28,133 nucleotides of DNA from Atribacterota bacterium (GTDB taxonomy: Bacteria; Atribacterota; Phoenicimicrobiia; Phoenicimicrobiales; Stramentimicrobiaceae). The stretch is from contig DAOSRJ010000002.1 of the NCBI GenBank assembly GCA_035376345.1, forward strand, positions 1 to 28,133, written 5' to 3'. Each line of letters starts with the position of its first letter. Positions within the stretch are counted from its first letter, which is position 1. The notes beneath the pieces are model-generated. The model did no database searches. It saw only the letters and a list, made by a program, of their open reading frames with translations, and was not told where the DNA came from. Positions 16,763-25,920 of the stretch are shown here, one piece after another. Both the position numbers and the translations under genes were made by a program.

Positions 16763-17269
16763 CTAACTCCAACGTTCCGCATAAGATAATAACTTTCTAA
16801 TACCAATAAAAATAAATGGGGATAATACACTATTGACCAGCGCCTGTGTTAATAGATATCTTTTTAAAATTTCCATAAAATCATAATTAGTGTGGAACAA
16901 ACCTAATAGATAATAAACAAAAGTGTTATTTAGGATAGTAAAAAAGAAGGTTGCTAAGGCCACTATCCATAATAGATATTGCTGGAAAATTCTTTCTCTG
17001 ATTGTTCCCGATATATATCCAATTATGGTCTTTACCAATGCATTGGTGCCCAGTAAATTGATTGAAAAAATATCTTTTAGTAACCCTCCGGCAAAACCAA
17101 TAATAATTCCATCTTCAGAACCATACATAAAGGATAGACAAATAACTATTATTAGCACTAAATCTGGTTTTATGGCATCAAAAGTCACTATATTGGCAAA
17201 CAAAAGCTCTAAAGCCAAGGTAATAATTATTATTCCAAACTTTATCCATATTTTCATTTTTAATACCAA
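16763..17269 (-). CDS. mreD: Rod shape-determining protein MreD
   Basis: Hydrophobic 168-aa protein with KPDL-LI-V...G---GF--GLL-DI motif; directly upstream of mrdA. Start is TTG 17269 or ATG 17257. Confidence 0.88.
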   Translation of the reverse strand: MVLKMKIWIKFGIIIITLALELLFANIVTFDAIKPDLVLIIVICLSFMYGSEDGIIIGFAGGLLKDIFSINLLGTNALVKTIIGYISGTIRERIFQQYLLWIVALATFFFTILNNTFVYYLLGLFHTNYDFMEILKRYLLTQALVNSVLSPFIFIGIRKLLSYAERWS

Positions 17270-17652
17270 CTTATAAACCAGGATTATTTATTCTAATTAT
17301 TTAATATAATTAATGGCTAATCTTTATAGTCTTGTCCGGTAATCTGAGTAAAATACGGAGAGAATATTTTAAAACCAGCAAATGTTAAACTACCTACTAT
17401 CTTTCCCGGATAGGTGAGTGCCTGATTAAATCCTTCTAATTAAGCAAACCACATCTAATAACAGTATAACAAGTATCGCCTGTAGATAATTTTTAATTTT
17501 TGCTATGTAAAGGTGGGAAATTGGGTATTTCAATTACTAATTAGGCCTTATTTATTTTTAGTTTTTGGAATAAGGTGATCTATAAACTTTTTCAATAAAA
17601 TTCTGGATTTGTATCGTATTTAATTTCGAATATTTTTCGGTTGTAAAATAAT

Positions 17653-19287
17653 TTATTTCTCAACACGAAATAATAGATCAATTTTACCTAAAAAAACGAG
17701 CCAGATGAAAGAAGGTAGTTGGATCATTCGAATAATTCTTTTTGGTTCTTTAATTATACGGAAGACCCATTCCATTCCATGGCTTTGCATCCATAAAGGA
17801 GCTCGTGGTATTTTACCAGAAAGAACATCAAAACTTCCCCCAATGCCTATGCAGACGGGAACACCTAATCTATCTTTATAATTGGATATCCATATTTCCT
17901 GTTTAGGAACGCCCATTCCGACCAGCAAAAAATCAGGTTTTTTTTCTGTTATATCATTGATAATATCATTTATTCTTAATCCTTCAGGGGCTTCTGAATC
18001 ATCATTATCATCAAAATAACCATGGTGGTAGCCCACAATTTGAAGGCCAGGGTATTTTTCTTTTAAATTCTGAACAGCCTTTTTAATAACTTTTTCTTCT
18101 GCTCCTAACAGATATAATCGGTAACCTTTTTTGACTGCCAGCTCACAGATGTGATTAATCAAATCAATTCCGGTGATACGTTCCGGGAGCGGTTTCTCCA
18201 GGAAAGCAGCAGCCCATAATAAACCAGCCCCATCAGGAGTTACTAAATCGGCTTGTTTGGTTATCTCTAAATATTGTCGGTCTGTCCGGGCTCTCATAAC
18301 GGCCAGAGTATCAGGCGTTATTACCAGACGAGCTCTTTCTCCCCTGACAAAATAATCAATTCGTTCCAAGGCTTGCTGTAAATTAAGGCGATCAATTGGC
18401 ACTCCAAACAATTCCAGTTTTTCTTTAAACTGGTTATAATTTATGATGGCCTCTCCCTTTAAGATCCTTTGCCTCAACCAGTAATAGGCAAGATATCCCA
18501 CCCCAATCATTGTGGTAAATAAATATATATTCTCTTTAATAGATATAATTATCGCCACAAAACTTAAATAAAAACAGGCTGAAACAATAATCAGATTGGC
18601 ACCTTTCCAGGAAAAGCCATGTTCCATCAATTGTTGTTTTAATTTACTTTCATTCACATTTCCTAAATAATCATCCCTTAAGTAGTTGGCAATAAAAGAA
18701 TAGGAAGTATCTATAATGGGAAATCCCAGAATTAAAAGTGGTGTCAATAGAGTTAAAGCAGCAGTACTCTTTAATACTCCCACAATGGCAATAACAGCCA
18801 GTAAATATCCAAAAAACATATAATAAATAGAAAAATAATTGTTTCGATCAGCTTTACTTTTTTTCTTTTCAAAAATAATTATTGAAGAAAAAACAATCAA
18901 AAATAAAGATAAAACTTCGGCAATCAAGAGGCCCTGTCTCTGAAAAACAGAAACAATAAAAAAAGTCAGGGCGGCAATAAGAACAGTTATTGGAGTGGTA
19001 TCACCTGTCTCATCAGTTTGTCCAATAGAGTTGGTGATAGTGAGCAACCAGATAACAGTGACTGGTATGGAGAGGTAACTAAGGTACCAGTAACCACCGG
19101 AATAGTTTCTTAAGAATTCTATTCTTACACCAGCTGTGATAGCTATAGAAACAATAACAACCTGACAAAAAAGTTTTAACCAGGGAGCAATTTTACTCTT
19201 CTGATTATACTTTCCTAAAAATATCATTAAAAGGCCAGCAAACATGATGCTTATTATTTTAATAAGAGAATTAATCCACTCAGCCAA
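17653..19287 (-). CDS. Fusion of a degenerate MraY/WecA-like membrane domain with a C-terminal WecB/TagA/CpsF (WecG/TagA) glycosyltransferase
   Basis: TTG start with a GGGGAGGGG SD. aa 1-~272 align by eye to the neighbouring WecA but lack its catalytic motifs. aa ~290-544 carry TagA motifs ADLVTPDG, RITGID, VG-HHGYF, VGMG-PKQE, GIGGSFD, RAP-WM---G-EW--R---EP-R. Confidence 0.85.
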   Translation of the reverse strand: MAEWINSLIKIISIMFAGLLMIFLGKYNQKSKIAPWLKLFCQVVIVSIAITAGVRIEFLRNYSGGYWYLSYLSIPVTVIWLLTITNSIGQTDETGDTTPITVLIAALTFFIVSVFQRQGLLIAEVLSLFLIVFSSIIIFEKKKSKADRNNYFSIYYMFFGYLLAVIAIVGVLKSTAALTLLTPLLILGFPIIDTSYSFIANYLRDDYLGNVNESKLKQQLMEHGFSWKGANLIIVSACFYLSFVAIIISIKENIYLFTTMIGVGYLAYYWLRQRILKGEAIINYNQFKEKLELFGVPIDRLNLQQALERIDYFVRGERARLVITPDTLAVMRARTDRQYLEITKQADLVTPDGAGLLWAAAFLEKPLPERITGIDLINHICELAVKKGYRLYLLGAEEKVIKKAVQNLKEKYPGLQIVGYHHGYFDDNDDSEAPEGLRINDIINDITEKKPDFLLVGMGVPKQEIWISNYKDRLGVPVCIGIGGSFDVLSGKIPRAPLWMQSHGMEWVFRIIKEPKRIIRMIQLPSFIWLVFLGKIDLLFRVEK

Positions 19288-19362
19288 AAGCCCCTCCCCT
19301 ATATTTTAATAAATAGAGATAGAATGTTTCTTTACTGGAAAATTTAATTAAAATACTCAGTT

Positions 19363-20352
19363 CTAATTAAGCTGTTCTATTTGCTTTAACCATTGTGCCG
19401 TTTCCCGTAACCCCTCTGCCAAACCATACTGCGCTTTCCATCCCAGAACTTGTTCTGCCAGATGGCTATCCAGGATATTTTTCCTTAAATCACCGACACG
19501 AGGAGGACCGTAATGTGCCTCTTGGGGAAATCCGAGTATATCCTGCAAATAGGAATATAGTTGATTTACCGATACTCCCCTACCGGTCCCAATATTGACA
19601 GCTTGAAAAGCTTGATTCAACCTTTTTATTTTTTTTAACTCTGCTAATTCTACCATATTTTTTATACTGAGTAAACAAGCCCGGGCAACATCTTTTACAT
19701 AAACATAATCCCTGATATATTCACCATCTCCATTGATGGTGGGAGTCTCTCCTTTCAGCATTTTCCCAATAAAAATAGCAACAACCCCCGCTTCTCCCGA
19801 GGGATCCTGTCTTGGCCCAAAAACATTACCGTAGCGTAGAGAAATATAGTTCAACCTGTGGGTTTGATAAAAAAAATTTAAATAAAACTCAGAGGTCATC
19901 TTGGAAATACCATAAGGAGAAGCAGGGTGTAGTGGGCTGTTTTCGGTAATTGGAAATGTTTGTTGTTCTCCATAAACAGTACCGCCACTGGAGGCAAAGA
20001 CAAAACCCTTTACCTTATTTTTAAATGCAATCTCTAACAAGCTTAACAATCCTACAATATTAACCTGTGCATCTGACCTGGGATGAGCAACTGAATATGA
20101 AACGCTTATTTGAGCAGCTTGATGACAAACATAATCCGGTTTTACCATGTTGAAAACTTCCTGTAAGGCAGAATCATTGATGTTTATCTGGTAAAATCGG
20201 GCTTGGGGATTAATATTTTCCTTTTTTCCTGAGGATAGATCATCAATAATTATCAGCTCATACCCCTGCTGAATTAAGAGATCCACGATATGTGATCCAA
20301 TAAATCCAGCTCCTCCGGTAACCAGCACCTTTTCCTTTTTTTTCCGCTCCAT
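19363..20352 (-). CDS. NAD-dependent epimerase/dehydratase, UDP-glucose/UDP-GlcNAc 4-epimerase-like
   Basis: LVTGGAGFIGSH; HQAAQ-SV--S; FASSGGTVYG; YGISK (YxxxK); LRYGNVFGPRQDP-GEAGVV; RDYVYV-DVA. Substrate is not assignable. Confidence 0.9.
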   Translation of the reverse strand: MERKKKEKVLVTGGAGFIGSHIVDLLIQQGYELIIIDDLSSGKKENINPQARFYQININDSALQEVFNMVKPDYVCHQAAQISVSYSVAHPRSDAQVNIVGLLSLLEIAFKNKVKGFVFASSGGTVYGEQQTFPITENSPLHPASPYGISKMTSEFYLNFFYQTHRLNYISLRYGNVFGPRQDPSGEAGVVAIFIGKMLKGETPTINGDGEYIRDYVYVKDVARACLLSIKNMVELAELKKIKRLNQAFQAVNIGTGRGVSVNQLYSYLQDILGFPQEAHYGPPRVGDLRKNILDSHLAEQVLGWKAQYGLAEGLRETAQWLKQIEQLN

Positions 20353-20394
20353 TGTTTTTTCCTTATTTTATAAAAATGCTATTTATAATATTAA

Positions 20395-21339
20395 TCAGTG
20401 TTTTAAAAGCACTACAGCTATACCTAACGCCAGCAAACTAAAAACCCCACTGATAGACAATAAGATTAAAACGACATTACGGTGATTAATACCACGATTC
20501 AGTAGACGATGGTGTAAATGTCCCTGATCTGCCTGAAAAATTGATTTATGACTTCGGTATCTGCGCCAGATAGCAAAAAGAGTATCTGTTATGGGTAGTG
20601 CTAAAACTAGGACCGGAACTGTTAGGAATAATAATTTTCCAGACCATATTACCAATAAAATCGTAGTAGCAGATAACAAAAATCCAGAAAACGTGCTGCC
20701 CGAATCTCCTAAAAATATCTGAGCTGGATAGAAGTTATAGCGGAACAAAGCTACCATACTTCCTAATAGTGCAGCATTTAATAAATTATAAGGCATATAT
20801 TCCTTATTGACTGAAAATCCAATTATTAGAAATGTAATCAAGGAGATTATAGATATTCCCGAAGCCAACCCATCCAAACCATCGATAAGATTAATAGAAT
20901 TGGTAATGCCGACCATCCATAATAACAATATTGGGTAAAGAAGATACCCTGCCATATTTAAAAAAGCGAGTTTCTGTACTATAAATTGATTAATTGTCTC
21001 ATGATGATAAACCAGGAATAGTAGGGCTGGTATCATCTGAATGGTGAATTTCCGGAGGGGTTTTAAGTCGGCAATATCATCTATTATTCCCAATAATAAA
21101 ATGATAATACAGCCGGCAATTAAGGCCTGTACTTGCCTACTAAGTAATACAAACAAAAAAATACTAACCAAAAACCCAAAAAAGATTACTATACCCCCCA
21201 GATTAGGGATTGCATCATTATGTATTTTGCGATAGCCGGGTTTATCCACCAGCTCCTGTTTTTTTGCTAATCTGGCAATAAATGGGGTTATAATATAGGA
21301 AATAAAAAAAGCCACTAAAGCCGTTAAAAAAAAGACCAA
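20395..21339 (-). CDS. wecA: Undecaprenyl-phosphate alpha-N-acetylglucosaminyl 1-phosphate transferase (WecA/TagO, MraY family)
   Basis: D-PG-RKIH--IP-LGG; GIIDD (D87, D88); TNSINLIDGLDGL; IFLGDSGS; P-TDT; HLHHRL. All catalytic motifs are intact. TTG start. Confidence 0.9.
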   Translation of the reverse strand: MVFFLTALVAFFISYIITPFIARLAKKQELVDKPGYRKIHNDAIPNLGGIVIFFGFLVSIFLFVLLSRQVQALIAGCIIILLLGIIDDIADLKPLRKFTIQMIPALLFLVYHHETINQFIVQKLAFLNMAGYLLYPILLLWMVGITNSINLIDGLDGLASGISIISLITFLIIGFSVNKEYMPYNLLNAALLGSMVALFRYNFYPAQIFLGDSGSTFSGFLLSATTILLVIWSGKLLFLTVPVLVLALPITDTLFAIWRRYRSHKSIFQADQGHLHHRLLNRGINHRNVVLILLSISGVFSLLALGIAVVLLKH

Positions 21340-21410
21340 GGCGGGCTGTTTCTCCTTTTTCCTTCTGAAATTCTTTTATCTAAAACTAAATTAACTATAT
21401 TATGGTTTAA

Positions 21411-21419
21411 ATTATACCA
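21411..21419 (-). promoter_or_regulatory. Extended -10 promoter element upstream of wecA
   Basis: Minus strand TG-G-TATAAT, ~70 nt upstream of the wecA start; no good -35. Confidence 0.45.
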
Positions 21420-21477
21420 TCAAATCTCTATGATTTTGTACTGCTGATGAAATTATTTTAAGTAATATTTTTAAGAA

Positions 21478-22608
21478 TTATCCTTTAAAGAATAGCTTCT
21501 CTGCATTGTCATGATAAATCATTTTTAAGGTCTCTTCATCTAAATTTAAGCCATGGTAAATCCTGTTGATATCTATATTTTTAGCAGCTCCTCGAGACAT
21601 CATATTATATATACTAGGTGGTAATTTAAACTCTTCTTTCTCCAATAAATCCATATAAGCTAACTGTACATCATCAATATAAGCCCTGCTTTTTGCCAGG
21701 TAGGTAGTTACTACTAAGTCGGTACCATAGGTTATTCTGTCCCGGTATTTTATTACAAAATCACGAAAATCCTTATGGAAATTAGAAATTCGGTCAAAAC
21801 CAGCTACTAAAAAGTCGGGATGGCCGAAACTGATGTCTAGATATAGTTGGGGGTATTCTCTCATAAAACGGTCTAAACGGTTCAGATTGCTGGTAGACAT
21901 CATAAAATGAGGAGCTATAATAATTAAATTGGGAAATTCCTGTAAAATATGTTCAAAATCAGTCAAAAAACGTCCTGCATTGATATGATAAAGTATGGGT
22001 AGTTGTTCCTGTTCACAAAATGCATATATTTCCATCATTCCTGCATCAATCAAAGACATTTTAAAGAATAAATCATAAAAGGTGCCATGACCATTATAGA
22101 GCTTAACACCAGCTATCCCTTCTTCTTTATACTTTCTTAATTTTTCAGTCTTATGATCATCCAGGGGGTCTAAGGTCGCCAGGGCAGCGAATTCATTAGG
22201 GTAATCCTGGCTTAGTTTGACGATAAAATCGTTGTTCTTTTCATATCCGGTAAAACCGTATTCAGTTTTAAGGAAAAAGGTAAAATCAGGGGTCCCCAGC
22301 ATTACCATTTTCTGCACCTGACAATCCCCCATAGCTTTTCTCAAAAGCGGCAGGCATTCTTCATTTTGCACATGTTCATGGGCATTGATAATATTAAAAT
22401 TTTGCCGCCTGGCTCTAACCTCTTCTGTAAGTCTGCCTACCTGAGCAGAAGGCTGATTATCTATCCACAATGGCAAAAGGCCCCTCTGTCTCAAACCAAT
22501 AAACAGCAATATCACAATAATAATGGCACTGACCGTATAAAAAATAAGGTCAAACCATTTCTTTTTTGATGTAATTTTTTTCTTTTTTATTTTTTCTTTT
22601 TTTACCAT
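21478..22608 (-). CDS. Amidohydrolase-2 family metallohydrolase with N-terminal membrane anchor
   Basis: INAHEH (HxH), GVKLY, LYH, APH and YGTD metal-site pattern of the amidohydrolase TIM barrel; very Lys-rich N-tail followed by a TM at aa ~21-39. Confidence 0.8.
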   Translation of the reverse strand: MVKKEKIKKKKITSKKKWFDLIFYTVSAIIIVILLFIGLRQRGLLPLWIDNQPSAQVGRLTEEVRARRQNFNIINAHEHVQNEECLPLLRKAMGDCQVQKMVMLGTPDFTFFLKTEYGFTGYEKNNDFIVKLSQDYPNEFAALATLDPLDDHKTEKLRKYKEEGIAGVKLYNGHGTFYDLFFKMSLIDAGMMEIYAFCEQEQLPILYHINAGRFLTDFEHILQEFPNLIIIAPHFMMSTSNLNRLDRFMREYPQLYLDISFGHPDFLVAGFDRISNFHKDFRDFVIKYRDRITYGTDLVVTTYLAKSRAYIDDVQLAYMDLLEKEEFKLPPSIYNMMSRGAAKNIDINRIYHGLNLDEETLKMIYHDNAEKLFFKG

Positions 22609-22690
22609 CTAACTACCATTGACTCCATTCTGTTTAGTAACTTTTTTTATTTTATCTGAATAATATAATTACTGAAATATTACTACTTTA

Positions 22691-22719
22691 TTGTAACAGT
22701 TTTAAAAAAAAGATATAAT
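22691..22719 (+). promoter_or_regulatory. Sigma70-type promoter for the Omp85-family gene
   Basis: TTGTAA (22691-22696), 17-nt spacer, TATAAT (22714-22719); GAGGT SD at 22738-22742. Confidence 0.6.
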
Positions 22720-22746
22720 GGATAAGTATAAAATTTTGAGGTAATA

Positions 22747-25700
22747 ATGGGAAATTTTAAAAGATTCTTTAAAAAGAAGGTTTTTTTATTCCTTGTTTTC
22801 TTCTTCTCCCTGCTACTATTCTATGCGCTATCAGGCCTGGTTTTTAATAATTTTTCACCAAATGTTGCTCACAGTAAAAATTATGACACATCACTTGACT
22901 GGACAGTGTTGGATGGCAGGTATTGTTCAGTAATCTTTCCAGCAGGTATTTTAATTGATTATGATACAACCTATGATCATATTGCCCTTCATATTGCTAA
23001 CTTAGCTGATGAGGTATATTCCCAGATAACCCCGCAGTTTGGAGAACCTTTCCACAAAAATAAGAGATTTACCATTATTTTGGAAGATTTCAGTGATTCT
23101 GCCTATGGTTTTGCCACTACCATGCCTCATCGTCTCATCAGAGTGAATCTGACTGTACCCGGACCGGAAATTTTTGATACAAAGTTTGAAAGCTGGCTCA
23201 GAATCTTGTTAGCACATGAATATACGCACTTGGCTCATTTTGATATGACTGATAAAATAACCACATTTCTGCACTTTTTTTTAGGTCAGATTATAACCCC
23301 CAATGCTTTACAGCCTCTCTGGTCTATTGAAGGATTGGCTATTTATAATGAGAGTAGACTGAATACCGGTGGCCGCCTCACAGATAACAGATATGAGATG
23401 TACCTCAGAACTGATTTTATGGAAAACAGTATAAAAAACCCCGCACTGTTAGAGGGAAGTTACCTGGTCTCCTGGCCAGGAGGGAATATACCCTATATTT
23501 ATGGGCAATCACTGGTTCATTATATTGCCAGCCACTATGGAGAAGAAAAATTAATTGCTATCAGTGAACAGTTTTCCTCATTTCCCCTATCAGGGATGGA
23601 TTGGGCTTTAAAAAAGATATTAGGCATCACTCAGGAAGAACTATATCAGCAATGGCAGGAGGAAAAAGAGCATTACTTTAACCAACAAATTGAACAAATT
23701 ATTTCTGCTCATAAAATTACAGAATCACAGCAAATTACCAACCATCGATACTGGGTTGAGAAACCTTCCTGGATAGTAGATAATACCCTTCAGAATACCT
23801 TTCTGGTTTATAAAGTTTTTACTCCACATTTTTATCCCACTATTCGTAAATATAACCTGAACTCTCAAAAAGAAAGTGTTGTTGTAAAACGGACAGCGGG
23901 ACTTGGTACCTCTTACTCTTTTTCACCAGACTCCCAATACCTTCTTTATAGCAAGCTGGTCCAGTATGACCAGTATTATTCCTACCAGGACCTATTCTTG
24001 TATCATTTAAATAGTGGTAAGCAATTCCAGCTTACCGAAAAGTTGAGGATCAAAGACCCGTCCTGGTATCCTGACCCTGCCGCAGGCAGAGCAGCTGCCA
24101 TTATCAATCAGGCTGGCACCAATAACCTGGTCTTATTTTCTCTAAAAACCCCTTTACTGGACGGAAAATTCGATCAGCCAGAAATAATTACCTCTTCTGA
24201 TCTTATTTATCTAACCGATTTTAACGATGGAACTCAAATCTCTCAACCGGTCTGGTCGCCCCGGGGTAACCAGCTTGCTCTTTCTTTGTGGCACAAAGGA
24301 TACCAGGATATTTATATAATTACCTTTGATAATTACTTTACCATACAATCTATCAGACCAATTGCAATTGATCGATATACAGATATTAACCCTTGCTGGT
24401 CAGGTGATGGTAAATACCTTTATTTTTGTTCTGACCGCAGTGGTATATATAATATTTATGCTTATTCTTTAGCAGATGAAAAACTCTTCCAGTTAACCAA
24501 TGTAGTTACCGGTGCCTTTGAACCTGCTATCGCTCCAGATAGCAAAGACCTGGCTTATATACAATACCATTCTTCTGGCTATGAATTGCATTTGGTAAAA
24601 AGCGATGATTTGCTCTGGGAATCAGTGGAAAAACCTGAGATAACCCCCTCTATCATTCTCCCGGCTCTAAAAAATGATAAGGTCTATTTTCCTGAAATGC
24701 AGCCTATGAATAATGAAGAAAATACCCGCTCAAAATTAGCTAAAATCACTTCCAGATACGACCCCGGCTATACCTTAAAAAAATACTCGCCCAGGAATAG
24801 CATTCTTCCCACTTACTGGGTTCCTTATTTCGGTATCATTGAAAATAACCTTTACCTGGGTCTTTCCGCTCAGGCTCAGGACTATCTGGAATTTTACCAG
24901 ATCCCGGCTACTATTGCTTATAGCCCTTTTTATGATTCCTTATTTTATAGCTGCCAGCTTTATAGCTATATTAATGAACCATCTTTATCATTATCATGGG
25001 AGGGCGAAACCTCTTCTTACACCGAGTTCCAATTAACCTTAAGATTTAATGATAGTGGTTATACTTCTCAGGGAGATTCTGGCCGCCTTTTCTCCAGAAA
25101 TTTTTCTATAGGGGTACAGAGTGAATATTTATGGGCAAACCAGGAGCCACAGGCTGAGCTTCCACTAAAAGACTCTACCCTGATTAATTCTTTGTTGTTA
25201 AGATATGCTTACAATGATACCGAAAAATATCAATGGTCTTCCAGTCCCGAATTAGGTAATTCTTATTCTCTCAGCTATCAATATGGATTACCATTCCCAG
25301 ATTCTGAGACTACCTTTCACAAATTCCTCTTTGATAGCCGTAAATATTTCTCACTGCCTCATTCCCACCAGGTTGTAGCTTTACGGCTGGTAGCTGGCCA
25401 TCTTTCCAACCAGGAAAATGAAGAAAGACAATTCAGTTTAGGTGGAAGTATTTCGGCTCAAAACCTTAGCTCAGTAAATACCAAAAATTTTTCTTTAAGA
25501 GGGTTCCCCTCTTCCTCTTTTGCAGGTAATAATCTTTTGCTTGGCTCATTGGAGTATCGCTTTCCGCTAAAAAAACCAGAACGTAAAATTGGTTTCCATG
25601 CGGTATCTGTCTTTTTAGAACAAGTTTCAGGAACACTGTTTTTAGAGGCTGGACAGGTCTGGAATGAGACATTGTTGCCCTCTTTTGAGGATATTAAGAT

Positions 25701-25836
25701 TTCCATGGGTGGAGAGATTGTATTTACTTTAAAACTAAGATATACAGAACCCTTGCTATTATCTCTGGGAATTGGTAAAGCAATTAGTGAACCCCTACCA
25801 GCCCGTTTTTATGGACGGATAGGCCTTTCCTTTTAA
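22747..25836 (+). CDS. Outer-membrane protein: gluzincin-type peptidase domain + PD40/TolB-like beta-propeller + Omp85/BamA-type C-terminal barrel
   Basis: N-terminal signal/TM; HEYTH (aa 157-161) with downstream W-IEGLA; PD40 repeats (SFSPDS, PVWSPRG, PCWSGDG-YLYF-SDRSG, PAIAPDS); LRGF motif (aa 917-920); amphipathic strands ending in C-terminal Phe (GRIGLSF). Confidence 0.8.
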   Translation: MGNFKRFFKKKVFLFLVFFFSLLLFYALSGLVFNNFSPNVAHSKNYDTSLDWTVLDGRYCSVIFPAGILIDYDTTYDHIALHIANLADEVYSQITPQFGEPFHKNKRFTIILEDFSDSAYGFATTMPHRLIRVNLTVPGPEIFDTKFESWLRILLAHEYTHLAHFDMTDKITTFLHFFLGQIITPNALQPLWSIEGLAIYNESRLNTGGRLTDNRYEMYLRTDFMENSIKNPALLEGSYLVSWPGGNIPYIYGQSLVHYIASHYGEEKLIAISEQFSSFPLSGMDWALKKILGITQEELYQQWQEEKEHYFNQQIEQIISAHKITESQQITNHRYWVEKPSWIVDNTLQNTFLVYKVFTPHFYPTIRKYNLNSQKESVVVKRTAGLGTSYSFSPDSQYLLYSKLVQYDQYYSYQDLFLYHLNSGKQFQLTEKLRIKDPSWYPDPAAGRAAAIINQAGTNNLVLFSLKTPLLDGKFDQPEIITSSDLIYLTDFNDGTQISQPVWSPRGNQLALSLWHKGYQDIYIITFDNYFTIQSIRPIAIDRYTDINPCWSGDGKYLYFCSDRSGIYNIYAYSLADEKLFQLTNVVTGAFEPAIAPDSKDLAYIQYHSSGYELHLVKSDDLLWESVEKPEITPSIILPALKNDKVYFPEMQPMNNEENTRSKLAKITSRYDPGYTLKKYSPRNSILPTYWVPYFGIIENNLYLGLSAQAQDYLEFYQIPATIAYSPFYDSLFYSCQLYSYINEPSLSLSWEGETSSYTEFQLTLRFNDSGYTSQGDSGRLFSRNFSIGVQSEYLWANQEPQAELPLKDSTLINSLLLRYAYNDTEKYQWSSSPELGNSYSLSYQYGLPFPDSETTFHKFLFDSRKYFSLPHSHQVVALRLVAGHLSNQENEERQFSLGGSISAQNLSSVNTKNFSLRGFPSSSFAGNNLLLGSLEYRFPLKKPERKIGFHAVSVFLEQVSGTLFLEAGQVWNETLLPSFEDIKISMGGEIVFTLKLRYTEPLLLSLGIGKAISEPLPARFYGRIGLSF

Positions 25837-25920
25837 ACTAAGACTATCACCAGAAATCCATATAGGTTTATTATCTTTTCTATGTCTCAATAAATTAAAC
25901 TGACTTGTCTTTCTCTTATC

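Noticed and set aside
17440-17530. Riboswitch in the spacer upstream of mreD (GCAAAC and GGTGGGAAA recall c-di-GMP-I and ZTP fragments)
   Set aside because: The fragments are on the wrong strand for mreD and lack their pairing partners and the other conserved elements.
22602-22619. Five-codon uORF (MVVRW) overlapping the amidohydrolase start
   Set aside because: The GGAG SD is only 3 nt from its ATG, and such mini-ORFs arise readily by chance. There is no further support.
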